Origin: Thalassotalea sp.
GTDB taxonomy: Bacteria; Pseudomonadota; Gammaproteobacteria; Enterobacterales; Alteromonadaceae
Direction: 5' to 3'
Length of the DNA stretch: 64,000 nt
NCBI GenBank assembly: GCA_029237915.1
Contig: JAQWHD010000042.1
Location: 2,929-66,928, forward strand
Part shown: in pieces, positions 32,466 to 42,298 of the stretch
Layout: the number at the start of each line of letters is the position of its first letter
Numbering within the stretch: position 1 is the first letter of the stretch
The notes under the pieces: model-generated
Database searches by the model: none
Seen by the model: only the letters and a program-made list of their open reading frames with translations
Told to the model about the DNA's origin: nothing
Made by a program: the position numbers and the translations under genes

Positions 32466-32493
32466 AAAAAAAGCTGCCTCGGCAGCTTTTTTT
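32466..32493. terminator. Bidirectional terminator between ppiD and sapF
   Basis: aaaaaaagctgcc-tc-ggcagcttttttt. Confidence 0.85.
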
Positions 32494-32506
32494 ATGTCCA
32501 ATTTTT

Positions 32507-32534
32507 AAGGATTCAAGGATTCAAGGATTCAAGG
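32507..32534. repeat. Octamer tandem repeat (AAGGATTC)x3.5
   Basis: aaggattcaaggattcaaggattcaagg. Confidence 0.85.
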
Positions 32535-32545
32535 TGTCAGGTTTG

Positions 32546-33334
32546 TTAGGTTTTAGCGAAGCTCGAGCGTTTACGTTGCGATAAGATAAGCTTTTTAGTG
32601 TACTTGTCTTTAGGGTTGGCGATGACTTCTTGTGTCGTGCCGTATTCCACAACTTTACCATCGCGTAAAACCATTAGTTTGTCACAAAAGTGTTCTACTT
32701 CAGCAATATCGTGGGAGATCAATAAATACGACAAGCCCATTTGCTCTTGGAGATCTAATAGTAAATTAATCATTTGTGCACGGATCGACAAATCGAGCGC
32801 AGCTAAGGCTTCATCTAATATAACCAATTGCGGTTGTAAAATTATTGCCCTTGCTAAAGATATACGCTGTTTTTGGCCACCAGAGAACATATGAGGGTAA
32901 AAATGCATATGGTCAGGTAGCAAGCCCACTTTTTGTAATGTGGCGCGTATCATCTGATTACGCTCATCTAAATCCAAGCGCGTATTTAACTTTAACGGCT
33001 CTTCTAACTGCTGGCGGATAGTTAAACTAGGGTTAAGCGTATTCGCCGCATCTTGAAATATCATGCGCACATGTTGACAGCGTTGCTTAAAATTACCGGT
33101 TTGTAATAACTGGCCATTTAATGATATATCACCCGTAGTTGGCCGGGCAGCGCCAACCAATAATTTTGCTAAAGTCGACTTACCTGAGCCTACTTCACCA
33201 ATAACGCCTAGAGTTTCTCGCGCATCGAGTTTAAAAGAAATAGGCTGTAATACTTCGACTTTTTTCTTGCTAAACCAGTTTGACTTGATTTTATAGGTTT
33301 TACTTAAGTTATTAACTTCAATTAAGCTGCCCAT
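32546..33334 (-). CDS. sapF: Peptide ABC transporter ATP-binding protein SapF
   Basis: GEVGSGKST, FSGGQKQR, ILDEA; last gene of the sap operon. Confidence 0.9.
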   Translation of the reverse strand: MGSLIEVNNLSKTYKIKSNWFSKKKVEVLQPISFKLDARETLGVIGEVGSGKSTLAKLLVGAARPTTGDISLNGQLLQTGNFKQRCQHVRMIFQDAANTLNPSLTIRQQLEEPLKLNTRLDLDERNQMIRATLQKVGLLPDHMHFYPHMFSGGQKQRISLARAIILQPQLVILDEALAALDLSIRAQMINLLLDLQEQMGLSYLLISHDIAEVEHFCDKLMVLRDGKVVEYGTTQEVIANPKDKYTKKLILSQRKRSSFAKT

Positions 33335-33336
33335 AA

Positions 33337-33444
33337 TTAATAACCCTCAACTCTGTGTGAAAAATGACAACTGACTTGCTGGTCATGAGGCGATTTTATT
33401 TTATAGGTTTTACTTAAGTTATTTACTGCGATTAAACTCCTCAT
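33337..33444 (-). CDS. 35-aa chimeric mini-ORF (SapF N-terminus + SapD C-terminus) formed by a duplicated gene junction
   Basis: MRSLIAVNNLSKTYKIKSPHDQQVSCHFSHRVEGY*; translation not demonstrated. Confidence 0.5.
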   Translation of the reverse strand: MRSLIAVNNLSKTYKIKSPHDQQVSCHFSHRVEGY

Positions 33445-33446
33445 TG

Positions 33447-34436
33447 CTAATAATCCTCACGATGTGAAAAATGGCAACTCACTTGATGACCATGAAAGGA
33501 CTCAATTTGCGGCGCGGTAACACATTTTTTTTGCGCATTCGGACAACGAGGACCTAAGCGACAACCAATAGGTAAATGTTGCAGCACAGGTATGGTGCCG
33601 GGCAGTGTTGCTAACTTAGCTTTTTTCGCAATGATCTTATCTGCCCTAGGCGTACTATCCATTAATGCTTTAGTGTATGGGTGGAAAGGGGTGTTAAAAA
33701 TTTGCTCGGTGGAGCCAGCTTCAACAAATTGTCCCGAGTACATAACGGTTAGGTTTTCGGTCCAGTGACTAATTTTTTCTAGCTCATGAGAAATCAATAA
33801 GATAGACATATTCTTTAACTGATTTAAGCTAGCGAGTAAGCGAAAAATTTGCGCTTGATTGGTTGCTTCCATTGAGGCTGTTGGCTCATCGGCAATAAGT
33901 AATTTTGGCCGTTTTGCTAATGCAATTGCTATCATCACCCGTTGGCAAAATGCTGTCGTTAGCTGGTGTGGGTAGCTTTTTACTATTTGTTCATGCTGTT
34001 TTATACCGACTTTGTGCAATAATTTAATCGCTGCTTTGCGGCGTTGCTTAGCTCGTTGCCAAAAATTACCGCTAAACTGGCTCTGATCAAGGGCTTCTTC
34101 AATTTGATCGCCAATATTGGTGGTTGGATCTAAACAACTCATCGGCTCTTGAAAAATCATCGCTACATCACGAGTGATGATTTGTTTGCGCTCTTCTACC
34201 GATAACCTTAATAAATCTATGCCTTGCCAATGAAATCTATCGGCATGTACAGTCCATTTGTCATCAAGCACACCGATAATTGCCTGTGCCAGAATGGATT
34301 TTCCTGAGCCAGATTCACCTACTAAGCCACGAAACTCACCTTCTTTAATTGTTAATGACACGCGATCAACCGCAAGAATGTTCTCACCGCTGCTGGTTAA
34401 TTCGATGCTTAAATTTCTAATATCAAGTAAATTCAT
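33447..34436 (-). CDS. sapD: Peptide ABC transporter ATP-binding protein SapD
   Basis: GESGSGKS, IADEPT, HPYTKAL, C-terminal GCRLGPRCP..C..C motif. Confidence 0.92.
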   Translation of the reverse strand: MNLLDIRNLSIELTSSGENILAVDRVSLTIKEGEFRGLVGESGSGKSILAQAIIGVLDDKWTVHADRFHWQGIDLLRLSVEERKQIITRDVAMIFQEPMSCLDPTTNIGDQIEEALDQSQFSGNFWQRAKQRRKAAIKLLHKVGIKQHEQIVKSYPHQLTTAFCQRVMIAIALAKRPKLLIADEPTASMEATNQAQIFRLLASLNQLKNMSILLISHELEKISHWTENLTVMYSGQFVEAGSTEQIFNTPFHPYTKALMDSTPRADKIIAKKAKLATLPGTIPVLQHLPIGCRLGPRCPNAQKKCVTAPQIESFHGHQVSCHFSHREDY

Positions 34437-35326
34437 TAGCTTTCTTTTTGTGTTTTTAATGAATGTCGTAAACCTTCACCAACTAAATTGGTCACGATCA
34501 CCGAAAATAAAATGGCTAAACCTGGGAAATAACTAGTCCATGGGGCAATATAAAATAAATCCAATGAGGTGGCTAACATCGAGCCCCACTCTGGCATTGG
34601 AATTGGTGCACCTAATCCTAAAAAGCCTAGGGCAGCAATATCTAAAATAGCAGCTGATTGTGCCAAGGTTGCTTGAATAATGATTTTATCTATGATGTTT
34701 GGGTAAATAGAAGTAATTAACACTCGTAACTCACTCGCGCCATCTAAAATCGGAATTAAAACATAGCCTTTTTTCTGCTCTTCTTTAATGGCAATGCGCG
34801 TTACATGCACAAATTGCGGTATTGAAACTAACGCTAACGCCCATAAAATGTTTTCCAAACCCGGACCGAGGATCGCGACAATGATTATCGCTAGTAACAG
34901 TGAAGGAATAGATAATATTACATCGAGGAAATGGGTCAGAAAACTGGCTTTAAGGCCACGACTGAGAGCTGAAATAGAGCCAATTACCACGCCAATTACT
35001 AACGCCATAATAACCACTAAAAAGCTTAAGCCAAAAGTTAGTGAGGTACCGTGAATTAAGCGAGATAACATATCTCGGCCAAGATCGTCAGTGCCTAATA
35101 AATAACTTAAATTACCTTCATCGCTCCACGCCGGAGGGATCAATAATGAATCACCAATAGCAACGGCTGAATGAGGCGTAATAAACTGGCCAAATACCGC
35201 TAAAAACACTAAAAACAAGTAACAACTTAAACCAATTATCGCGACCGGCGTTTTTTTAAATGTATGCCATAACTGTAATATGGGAGAAGGAAACTCTTCT
35301 TCTAAATAAGTATGCTCACGCGCCAT
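34436..35326 (-). CDS. sapC: Peptide ABC transporter permease SapC
   Basis: LLGTDDLGRDMLSRL, LGFLGLGAP.PMPEWG. Confidence 0.92.
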   Translation of the reverse strand: MAREHTYLEEEFPSPILQLWHTFKKTPVAIIGLSCYLFLVFLAVFGQFITPHSAVAIGDSLLIPPAWSDEGNLSYLLGTDDLGRDMLSRLIHGTSLTFGLSFLVVIMALVIGVVIGSISALSRGLKASFLTHFLDVILSIPSLLLAIIIVAILGPGLENILWALALVSIPQFVHVTRIAIKEEQKKGYVLIPILDGASELRVLITSIYPNIIDKIIIQATLAQSAAILDIAALGFLGLGAPIPMPEWGSMLATSLDLFYIAPWTSYFPGLAILFSVIVTNLVGEGLRHSLKTQKES

Positions 35327-36344
35327 GTTTTCTATTCCTTTCCAGCGGGTTTAGTGCGGCGTAAATAAAGTCAGCGAAAATATTGATCACAAAAGTAAAA
35401 ATAGCTAGTGCGATTAAACCGCCTTGAATAGCAGTATAATCACGTTGATAAATACTGTCTATTAACCAACTACCAGCGCCTTGCCAATCAAATATTACTT
35501 CAACAATCATCGCGATAGTTACTAAGTTGGCAAAATATAAGCCCATTTGGCGAATAATGTTAACTAATGAATTACGAATACCATGATGATAAATAATTGC
35601 ACTTTGGCTTAAGCCTTTAGCTTTTGCCGCTTTGATATAGTTGGAGTCTAAAACATCAAGCATAGAAGTACGTGCTAAGCGAATAAATAAAGTCATCGGG
35701 GCAAGCGCAACCGTCATCGCCGGTAATATAATATGGCTTACCGCATCCTTAAAAGCACTCATTTTATCGACATTATCACTGAGTAGAATATCGATAAACT
35801 TGAAGCCTGTTACATGCTCTATTTCAAATAATAAGTTTAATTGTCCTGAAGATGGCAACCATGACAAGGTGATAGAAAATATTAAAATTAATATTAATGC
35901 TAGCCAAAACGCCGGGATAGAATAGCCTATCATGGCAAATGCTAATATCGCTTTATCAGCCGGTTTGTTATGTAAAATAGCAGCAACAAAGCCTAACGGT
36001 ACCCCAATGAACATAGCAATAAACAGCGCCGTAATACACAGTTCAATAGTGGAAGGTAAATAAGTTAATAACTCACTGCTAACTGGTACTTGGCTTGACA
36101 TCGAAATACCAAAGTTGCCGTTAAATAACTGGCCAAGATAGGCAAAATATTGATGAAATACCGAGCTGTCCATCTGGTATAAGCTATTTAATTGTTCGAG
36201 TTGTTCTGCGCTAGGTGATTTTTGACCACTTAGATTGGTGATGACTTCACCGGGGAATAAGTAACTTAAACTAAACGACACTACGGTTAACATCAATAAT
36301 GTGAAGAATAATAAGTTTAAACGCCTTAGGGTAAAAGTTAGCAT
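35316..36344 (-). CDS. sapB: Peptide ABC transporter permease SapB
   Basis: MLTFTLRRLNL, EAA-like YIKAAKAKGLS, IYQRDY. Confidence 0.92.
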   Translation of the reverse strand: MLTFTLRRLNLLFFTLLMLTVVSFSLSYLFPGEVITNLSGQKSPSAEQLEQLNSLYQMDSSVFHQYFAYLGQLFNGNFGISMSSQVPVSSELLTYLPSTIELCITALFIAMFIGVPLGFVAAILHNKPADKAILAFAMIGYSIPAFWLALILILIFSITLSWLPSSGQLNLLFEIEHVTGFKFIDILLSDNVDKMSAFKDAVSHIILPAMTVALAPMTLFIRLARTSMLDVLDSNYIKAAKAKGLSQSAIIYHHGIRNSLVNIIRQMGLYFANLVTIAMIVEVIFDWQGAGSWLIDSIYQRDYTAIQGGLIALAIFTFVINIFADFIYAALNPLERNRKHGA

Positions 36345-37985
36345 CTAATTCTCCCCTACAGTTTTACTTACGTTTTCAAAATTAATGCCACCAAAGGCTG
36401 CCAAAATATCGCCGTTAATCCCGGCAACTTTTGCCTGTGCTCGTTTAGAGTGTGCGATTGGTAGCAATGGCATTTGTTCAACTAAAATATTTTGTGCTTG
36501 TAAATATAGTTTTTTACGCTCGCTAATATCATTGGTTATATATGCCTTAGCCAGTAATTGATCAAATTTTTCATTACACCAAAAAGCTCTGTTACGACCA
36601 GTTTCCATCGCTGAACACGACAATAGCGGAGAGAAAAAATTATCAGGATCGGGATGATCCGCGGTCCAACCAATTAATACCGATTGATGCTCGCCTTTGG
36701 CTAATTTACGTAAAAATGTATTCCACTCCCAAGTAATAATATTAACCTCAACGCCTATCGCTTCTAAATCGGATTTAATTAACTTCGCCATTTTTAACGC
36801 GTTAGGGTTGTAGTCACGCTGTACAGGTATTGCCCAAATATCAAAACTAAAGCCTTCACTTAAGCCTGCGTTGGCAAGTAATGTTTTGGCTTTTTCTACA
36901 GAGTAGTCAAATGTCGTAACTTCATCGGAAAATGCCCATGATGCTTTTGGTAAAAGCGATTCAGCAATTTCGGCTTGCTCGCCATAAACCGCGGTCATTA
37001 TTGCTTCTTTATTTACCGCATGAGCTATGGCTTTGCGCACACTTGGATTATCAAAAGGTGGCTTTTGCGCATTAAAGGCAAAAAAAGCAACATTGAATGA
37101 CGTTACTTCTTCTAAGACTAAATCGGGGCGAGATTTAATTTCATCCGCGGCAATAGGGAAGGATATGACATCGCATTCGTGGGTTAACAATTTAGTTAAA
37201 CGGCCAGTGTTATTTGGCGTGATGTTATAAATTAACTTCTCTATTTCAACGTCTCGGCGCCAGTAATCGTCATGTCTAGAATAACGGATAAATGAATTAT
37301 TGCGATATTGTTTAAATTTAAACGGGCCAGTGCCTATAGGTAGACTGTCTAGTTGGCTTAGCGCTTGCGGATCACTATCCGCCAATAATTGCTCAGCATA
37401 TTGTTTCGATAAAATCACCGCAAATGGCGTAGCCAAATTTGATAAAAAGGTACTGTCAGCTCGGTTTAGTTTAAAGCGTACTGTGTAGTCGTCTATCTTT
37501 TCAATACTGTCGACTAACTCATGAAAGTTAACACTTTGAAAAAAAGGAAAATTGCCATCTACCGATTGATAAAACGGATTTTGTGTATCTAAAATTCGGT
37601 TAAAGCTAAAGATAACATCATCGGCATTCATCGTACGTGTCGGGGTGAAATACTCGGTTTGATGAAAACTAACATCGCGCCTTAGGTAAAAGGTGATTAA
37701 TTTACCATTACGAGTAACATGCCATGACTTTGCCAGCGCAGGTATACGCTGTAAATTGGTGTTGTTAAAGTCGATAAGGCGATTATAAAGCTGCTTAGAC
37801 GTAGCATCTATCGTGGTACCGTCAGTTATAAGCTGCGGATTAAATGAGCTTGGCGCACCTTCCGAGCAATACACTATGCCTTCAGTTAAAACTGAATCAT
37901 CGGCGCTAGGGTTACAACCCATTAGGGCGGTAAATAGTAAACCTAACGGTATTGTTTTTGTTATTAACCTTAGATTAAACTTCAT
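36345..37985 (-). CDS. sapA: Peptide ABC transporter substrate-binding lipoprotein SapA
   Basis: Lipobox ALMGC; VYCSEGAPSSFNPQ, PIGTGPFKF, GWTADHPDPDNF. Confidence 0.92.
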   Translation of the reverse strand: MKFNLRLITKTIPLGLLFTALMGCNPSADDSVLTEGIVYCSEGAPSSFNPQLITDGTTIDATSKQLYNRLIDFNNTNLQRIPALAKSWHVTRNGKLITFYLRRDVSFHQTEYFTPTRTMNADDVIFSFNRILDTQNPFYQSVDGNFPFFQSVNFHELVDSIEKIDDYTVRFKLNRADSTFLSNLATPFAVILSKQYAEQLLADSDPQALSQLDSLPIGTGPFKFKQYRNNSFIRYSRHDDYWRRDVEIEKLIYNITPNNTGRLTKLLTHECDVISFPIAADEIKSRPDLVLEEVTSFNVAFFAFNAQKPPFDNPSVRKAIAHAVNKEAIMTAVYGEQAEIAESLLPKASWAFSDEVTTFDYSVEKAKTLLANAGLSEGFSFDIWAIPVQRDYNPNALKMAKLIKSDLEAIGVEVNIITWEWNTFLRKLAKGEHQSVLIGWTADHPDPDNFFSPLLSCSAMETGRNRAFWCNEKFDQLLAKAYITNDISERKKLYLQAQNILVEQMPLLPIAHSKRAQAKVAGINGDILAAFGGINFENVSKTVGEN

Positions 37986-39063
37986 CGGTATCGCTACTTT
38001 CCAGCAGATTATATTTCTTTAAATAGCCTCTTAACTGATGATAGGTTAATTTCAATGCTTCTGCTGTTTTCTTTTGGTTAAATTGGCAAAACGCTAATGC
38101 ATCTTTGATAATTGTAACCTCATGATCTTGTGATAAAGTTTTCAATGAAACTGGGTATTCAATAGTCGGCGTTGCTAAACTTGTTGGGGTCGGTGCTTCT
38201 TTTTCTAGCGCCTGTGGGGTATCTGCTATATTGTCGTTATTAACTTGTCGGTCGGCAGTTTTAACACGTTTGTTCGGTCTAAATGGTGACTCAAACGGGT
38301 CAATAACCAACTCACTCACCGCTAAATGAGCATTGTTATGGCGATAAACACTGCGCTCTACCACATTTTTTAATTCTCGAATGTTACCCGGCCAGTGATA
38401 TGCGAGTAATGATTTTTTAACTTTTTCGGTAAAACCACTAAATAGCTCAAACTCAAGCTCTCGCGCCATATTAATGGCAAAGTGCTCAGCCAACATCATA
38501 ATGTCTTCAACTCGCTCACGAAGTGGTGGCAAAGTAATTACGTCAAAGGCTAAGCGGTCGAGTAAATCGGCTCTAAACTCGCCTTTATCGGCTAGGGCAG
38601 GTAAGTCTTCGTTGGTTGCGGCAATTAAGCGCACATCTGACTTTACTGTTTTAGAGCCGCCAACACGCTCAAATTCACCGTATTCAACCACGCGCAGTAA
38701 TTTTTCTTGGATTAATCCTGAGGTATTAGCAATTTCATCTAAAAATAGTGAACCGCCACTGGCTCGTTCAAACCGGCCTTCATGGCGCTTGCTTGCTCCG
38801 GTAAATGCACCACCTTCATGACCAAACAACTCACTGTCGAGCAGATTTTCATTTAAGGCAGCACAATTGAGTTTAATGTAGTTTTGGTCCCAACGCTTTG
38901 ATAAGTAATGTAAACGTGCGGCAACTAACTCTTTACCTGTACCGCGTTCGCCAATGATCAGCACGGGTTTTGCTAGAGGGGCAACCTGAGAAATGTGTTC
39001 TAATACTTCTAAAAAACTATTCGATTGGCCAATTAAATTATCTTGTTGTTTGAAGCGGGACAT
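37975..39063 (-). CDS. pspF: Phage shock protein operon activator PspF (sigma54 bEBP)
   Basis: GERGTGKE, SELFGHEGGAFTGA, FLDEIA, WPGNIRELKN; no N-terminal regulatory domain; divergent from pspA. Confidence 0.96.
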   Translation of the reverse strand: MSRFKQQDNLIGQSNSFLEVLEHISQVAPLAKPVLIIGERGTGKELVAARLHYLSKRWDQNYIKLNCAALNENLLDSELFGHEGGAFTGASKRHEGRFERASGGSLFLDEIANTSGLIQEKLLRVVEYGEFERVGGSKTVKSDVRLIAATNEDLPALADKGEFRADLLDRLAFDVITLPPLRERVEDIMMLAEHFAINMARELEFELFSGFTEKVKKSLLAYHWPGNIRELKNVVERSVYRHNNAHLAVSELVIDPFESPFRPNKRVKTADRQVNNDNIADTPQALEKEAPTPTSLATPTIEYPVSLKTLSQDHEVTIIKDALAFCQFNQKKTAEALKLTYHQLRGYLKKYNLLESSDTDEV

Positions 39064-39078
39064 TTTCGGTCCTAATTA

Positions 39079-39115
39079 TTGGTTTTTTTCACTACTTAAT
39101 AGTGTATTTCATTAA
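39079..39115 (+). promoter_or_regulatory. Probable PspF upstream activating sequences
   Basis: ttggtttttttcacta and tagtgtatttcattaa resemble the E. coli pspA UAS pair (recalled, not searched). Confidence 0.5.
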
Positions 39116-39189
39116 CCTTAAACTGAACAGTGTTTTTTATTAAATAATTAAATCCATATAAAACAGTTGCTTAAGGTGTTTTTATAAAC

Positions 39190-39206
39190 TTGGCATCAAA
39201 AGTGAA
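39190..39206 (+). promoter_or_regulatory. Probable sigma54 -24/-12 promoter of pspA
   Basis: TTGGCATcaaaaGTGAA, with a deviant -12 element; expected for a PspF target. Confidence 0.6.
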
Positions 39207-39256
39207 TGTAAGACAACAGTTATAAAATTTTAATTATCAACACCGAGGAAGTTATT

Positions 39257-39955
39257 ATGGGTATTTTTTCACGATTTACAGACATCATTAATTCAAATAT
39301 TAACAGCATATTAGATAAGGCTGAAGATCCGGAAAAAATGGTGCGTCTTATCATTCAAGAAATGGAAGATACGTTAGTTGAAGTTCGTTCAACATCAGCT
39401 AAAACTTTAGCAGATAAGAAAGATTTAACTCGCCAAGTAACACGCTTAACTAAAGATGTTGATACATGGCAACAAAAAGCAGAGCTTGCTTTAAGTAAAG
39501 GTCGAGACGATCTTGCCCGCGGCGCTTTAGTTGAAAAAACTAAGTGTGAAGAAGCGGCCAACTCATTAGCAGAAGAGCTACTGCACTTTGATGACCACAT
39601 CGCTAAACTGCAAAATGAAATTACTCAATTACAAGAAAAGTTAGCCGATGCCAAAGCTCGTCAAAAAGCCATTGTATTGCGCGGCAAGACAGCTAGCTCA
39701 CGCTTAAAAGTAAAAACTAAGCTTGATAGCTCGAAAGTAGATGAAGCGCTAACACGTTTCGATCGATACGAGCGCAAAATTGATGACTTAGAGGGACAGG
39801 TTGAGTCATATGATTTAGGCAAAAAATCTTTAGCCGATGAAATTGACGAATTAGAAGCAGATGATAGTATTGATAATGAATTAGCCGCATTAAAAGCTAA
39901 AATGTCAAAATCTAAGCCTGCAGCTGCGAAACCAGCAACTAAAGCTAAAAAATAA
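39257..39955 (+). CDS. pspA: Phage shock protein A
   Basis: MGIFSRFTDIINSNINSILDKAEDPEKM, coiled coil. Confidence 0.97.
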   Translation: MGIFSRFTDIINSNINSILDKAEDPEKMVRLIIQEMEDTLVEVRSTSAKTLADKKDLTRQVTRLTKDVDTWQQKAELALSKGRDDLARGALVEKTKCEEAANSLAEELLHFDDHIAKLQNEITQLQEKLADAKARQKAIVLRGKTASSRLKVKTKLDSSKVDEALTRFDRYERKIDDLEGQVESYDLGKKSLADEIDELEADDSIDNELAALKAKMSKSKPAAAKPATKAKK

Positions 39956-39991
39956 TATTAACCAAATTTACGAAGTTTAAGGAGAGAAACC

Positions 39992-40222
39992 ATGGATCCA
40001 GATATTTTAATGGCCCCAATTATTATATTTATGGTTATTGTTGCGCCAATTTGGTTAATACTACATTACCGTTCAAAAAGACAAATTAGCCAAGGTCTAT
40101 CAGCGGAAGAGTATCAACAGTTATCAGAGTTATCACACAGTGCAGATAAAATGTCAGAGCGTATACAAACTCTAGAAGCTATTTTAGATGCAGAAACGCC
40201 AGACTGGAGGTCGAAGTCATGA
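39992..40222 (+). CDS. pspB: Phage shock protein B
   Basis: VAPIWLILHY...RIQTLEAILDAETPDWR. Confidence 0.95.
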   Translation: MDPDILMAPIIIFMVIVAPIWLILHYRSKRQISQGLSAEEYQQLSELSHSADKMSERIQTLEAILDAETPDWRSKS

Positions 40223-40650
40223 GCAAATCAAGAGGTGAATTATTTCGTGACCCCGCAAAAGGTAAAATCGCTGGGGTCTGTGCTGGCTTAGCTAACTACT
40301 TTGGTTGGGAAACATGGTTAGTTCGCATCTTGGTTGTGTCAGGTGTGTTACTTGGTATGGGCTGGTTCGTTATTCTATACATCGCTGGCTGGTTTATTTT
40401 AGATAAAAAACCAAGTAAGTTTTCGCCAAGCCAAGTAGCTAAAAATGTTAAAGACAAAATGCACGAAGAAGAAGTGTTTAGTGAGTCAATTAAAGTCAAA
40501 GAAAAAATTTGGCAATCTGGCGAACCACCAAAACAAGCGATTCGTGATATTAATCTTAAGTTTAAATCATTAGAGCATGAGTTACGCAGTATGGAGCGTT
40601 ATGTTACCTCCCCTGAATTCACCGTCTCTAGAGAGATTAATAAGCTTTAA
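40219..40650 (+). CDS. pspC: Phage shock protein C
   Basis: KGKIAGVCAGLANYFG; MERYVTSPEF..SREI. Confidence 0.95.
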   Translation: MSKSRGELFRDPAKGKIAGVCAGLANYFGWETWLVRILVVSGVLLGMGWFVILYIAGWFILDKKPSKFSPSQVAKNVKDKMHEEEVFSESIKVKEKIWQSGEPPKQAIRDINLKFKSLEHELRSMERYVTSPEFTVSREINKL

Positions 40651-40683
40651 GCGAAATAAAAATATTAGAGCGTAGTAACAATA

Positions 40684-40720
40684 AAGCCAGAGGAAAGTAA
40701 TTTTCTCTGGTTTATTTTTT
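40684..40720 (+). terminator. Probable terminator after pspC
   Basis: ccagaggaaa-gtaa-ttttctctgg plus T run. Confidence 0.6.
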
Positions 40721-40855
40721 TAAGCCACTGCAAAGTCATTGTATTTATTCCAATTTAATTGTTGGACTTGGCATAATGTTATGCTTTACATTATAAATTG
40801 GTGTTTTTGTTAAACATATTAGAACCGCTATAAGCAAAGGTAGTAAGTATTTATC

Positions 40856-42298
40856 ATGTCGTTGATTAATTCCAAAAAACTCAATAGCTTTAAAAAACGA
40901 GTGAAAAACTCAGCTAAAGAAATTCTTAATCGTAGCTTAGATCAACACATCAACCTTGCTGTAACTGGTTTAAGCCAAAGCGGCAAAACCGCATTTATTA
41001 CTTCCTTGGTAAATCAACTCATTAATGAAGGCAACGGTAAACCGTTAAACTTTTTTGAGCCAGTTCATCAAGGCCGGTATATCGCAGCAAAACGTGTGCC
41101 GCAAAGTAATTTACATATCAGCCGCTTTGATTACGATGATGCCATAGAGCAATTATCTAAACCTGAACCAGAGTGGCCTCAACCGACTAAAAGCATTAGC
41201 GAATTACGCTTAGCGGTTCGTTATTACCCAAAAGATTCTTTCCTTAAATACGCCGGCGAAATGGCTACCCTTTACATTGATATTACTGATTACCCTGGTG
41301 AATGGTTACTTGACTTACCTATGTTGAATCAAACCTTTGAACAATGGTCTGAGCACATGGGGGAGTTGTTAAAACAGGCTCCTCGTAATGAATTATCTGC
41401 AGACTTTTTAGCAAAAGTAGAAGCCATTGACCCACTTGGCCCTGTACATGAAAATGAATTGGCTGAGCTGGCACAAGAATATACCGAATTACTGCTGAAA
41501 TTTCGTTACGAGCAAGGCTTGTCGGTGATCCAACCTGGTCGTTTTATTCTTCCTGGCGAGCATGCTGGCGCGCCAATATTACAGTTTATTCCTTACCCAT
41601 TTTTTGCCAATATTGAGCCGGACGACTATAACAGTGCCGCACAAGATACCTTTATTGGCATGCTAAGGGCGAGATATTTAGAATACCGCGAGCGCATAGT
41701 AAGGCAATTTTATAAACAACATTTTGTTAAGTTCGATCGCCAAATCGTATTAGCCGATTGTTTAACGCCGCTCAATCATGGCAATGATGCATTTAATGAC
41801 TTACAGCAAGCGGTGAGTTTGATTATGGAAAGTTTTGCCTATGGTAAATCCAACCTTATTACTCGTTTATTTGCGCCGAAAATAGATAAATTACTCTTTG
41901 CCGCCACCAAGGCCGACCATATTACTGCTGAACAACATGGTAATTTAACCAGCTTAATTGAACAGTTAGTGTTTAAGGCAAAAAAATCGTTAAGCTTTGA
42001 TGCCATTAAAATGAAAACACTAGCAATTGCGGCGATCAAAACCACCGAACAAGGTCAAAGTGACTATCAAGGCAAAATGATTAATGTATTGCGCGGTAAA
42101 CGTTTAGATAATAATAAATTAATTACCTTATATCCTGGCGCTGTGCCGGCAAAATTGCCAAAGCAAGAGTTTTGGCAACAAGGTGGATTTAACTATATTG
42201 CCTTTAAGCCTTATACGGCGATTTCTCAGCATCAAGCACTAGCTAATATTCGTATGGATCAAGTGCTGCAGTTTTTACTTGGAGACAAAATGAAATGA
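40856..42298 (+). CDS. ycjX: YcjX family P-loop protein
   Basis: LAVTGLSQSGKTAFITS, DYPGEWLLDLP, FAATKADH. Confidence 0.94.
   Translation: MSLINSKKLNSFKKRVKNSAKEILNRSLDQHINLAVTGLSQSGKTAFITSLVNQLINEGNGKPLNFFEPVHQGRYIAAKRVPQSNLHISRFDYDDAIEQLSKPEPEWPQPTKSISELRLAVRYYPKDSFLKYAGEMATLYIDITDYPGEWLLDLPMLNQTFEQWSEHMGELLKQAPRNELSADFLAKVEAIDPLGPVHENELAELAQEYTELLLKFRYEQGLSVIQPGRFILPGEHAGAPILQFIPYPFFANIEPDDYNSAAQDTFIGMLRARYLEYRERIVRQFYKQHFVKFDRQIVLADCLTPLNHGNDAFNDLQQAVSLIMESFAYGKSNLITRLFAPKIDKLLFAATKADHITAEQHGNLTSLIEQLVFKAKKSLSFDAIKMKTLAIAAIKTTEQGQSDYQGKMINVLRGKRLDNNKLITLYPGAVPAKLPKQEFWQQGGFNYIAFKPYTAISQHQALANIRMDQVLQFLLGDKMK

Noticed and set aside
40768-40785. Possible sigma54 promoter (ttggcataatgttatgc) upstream of ycjX
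   Set aside because: GG-to-GC spacing is 11 nt, not the required 10.
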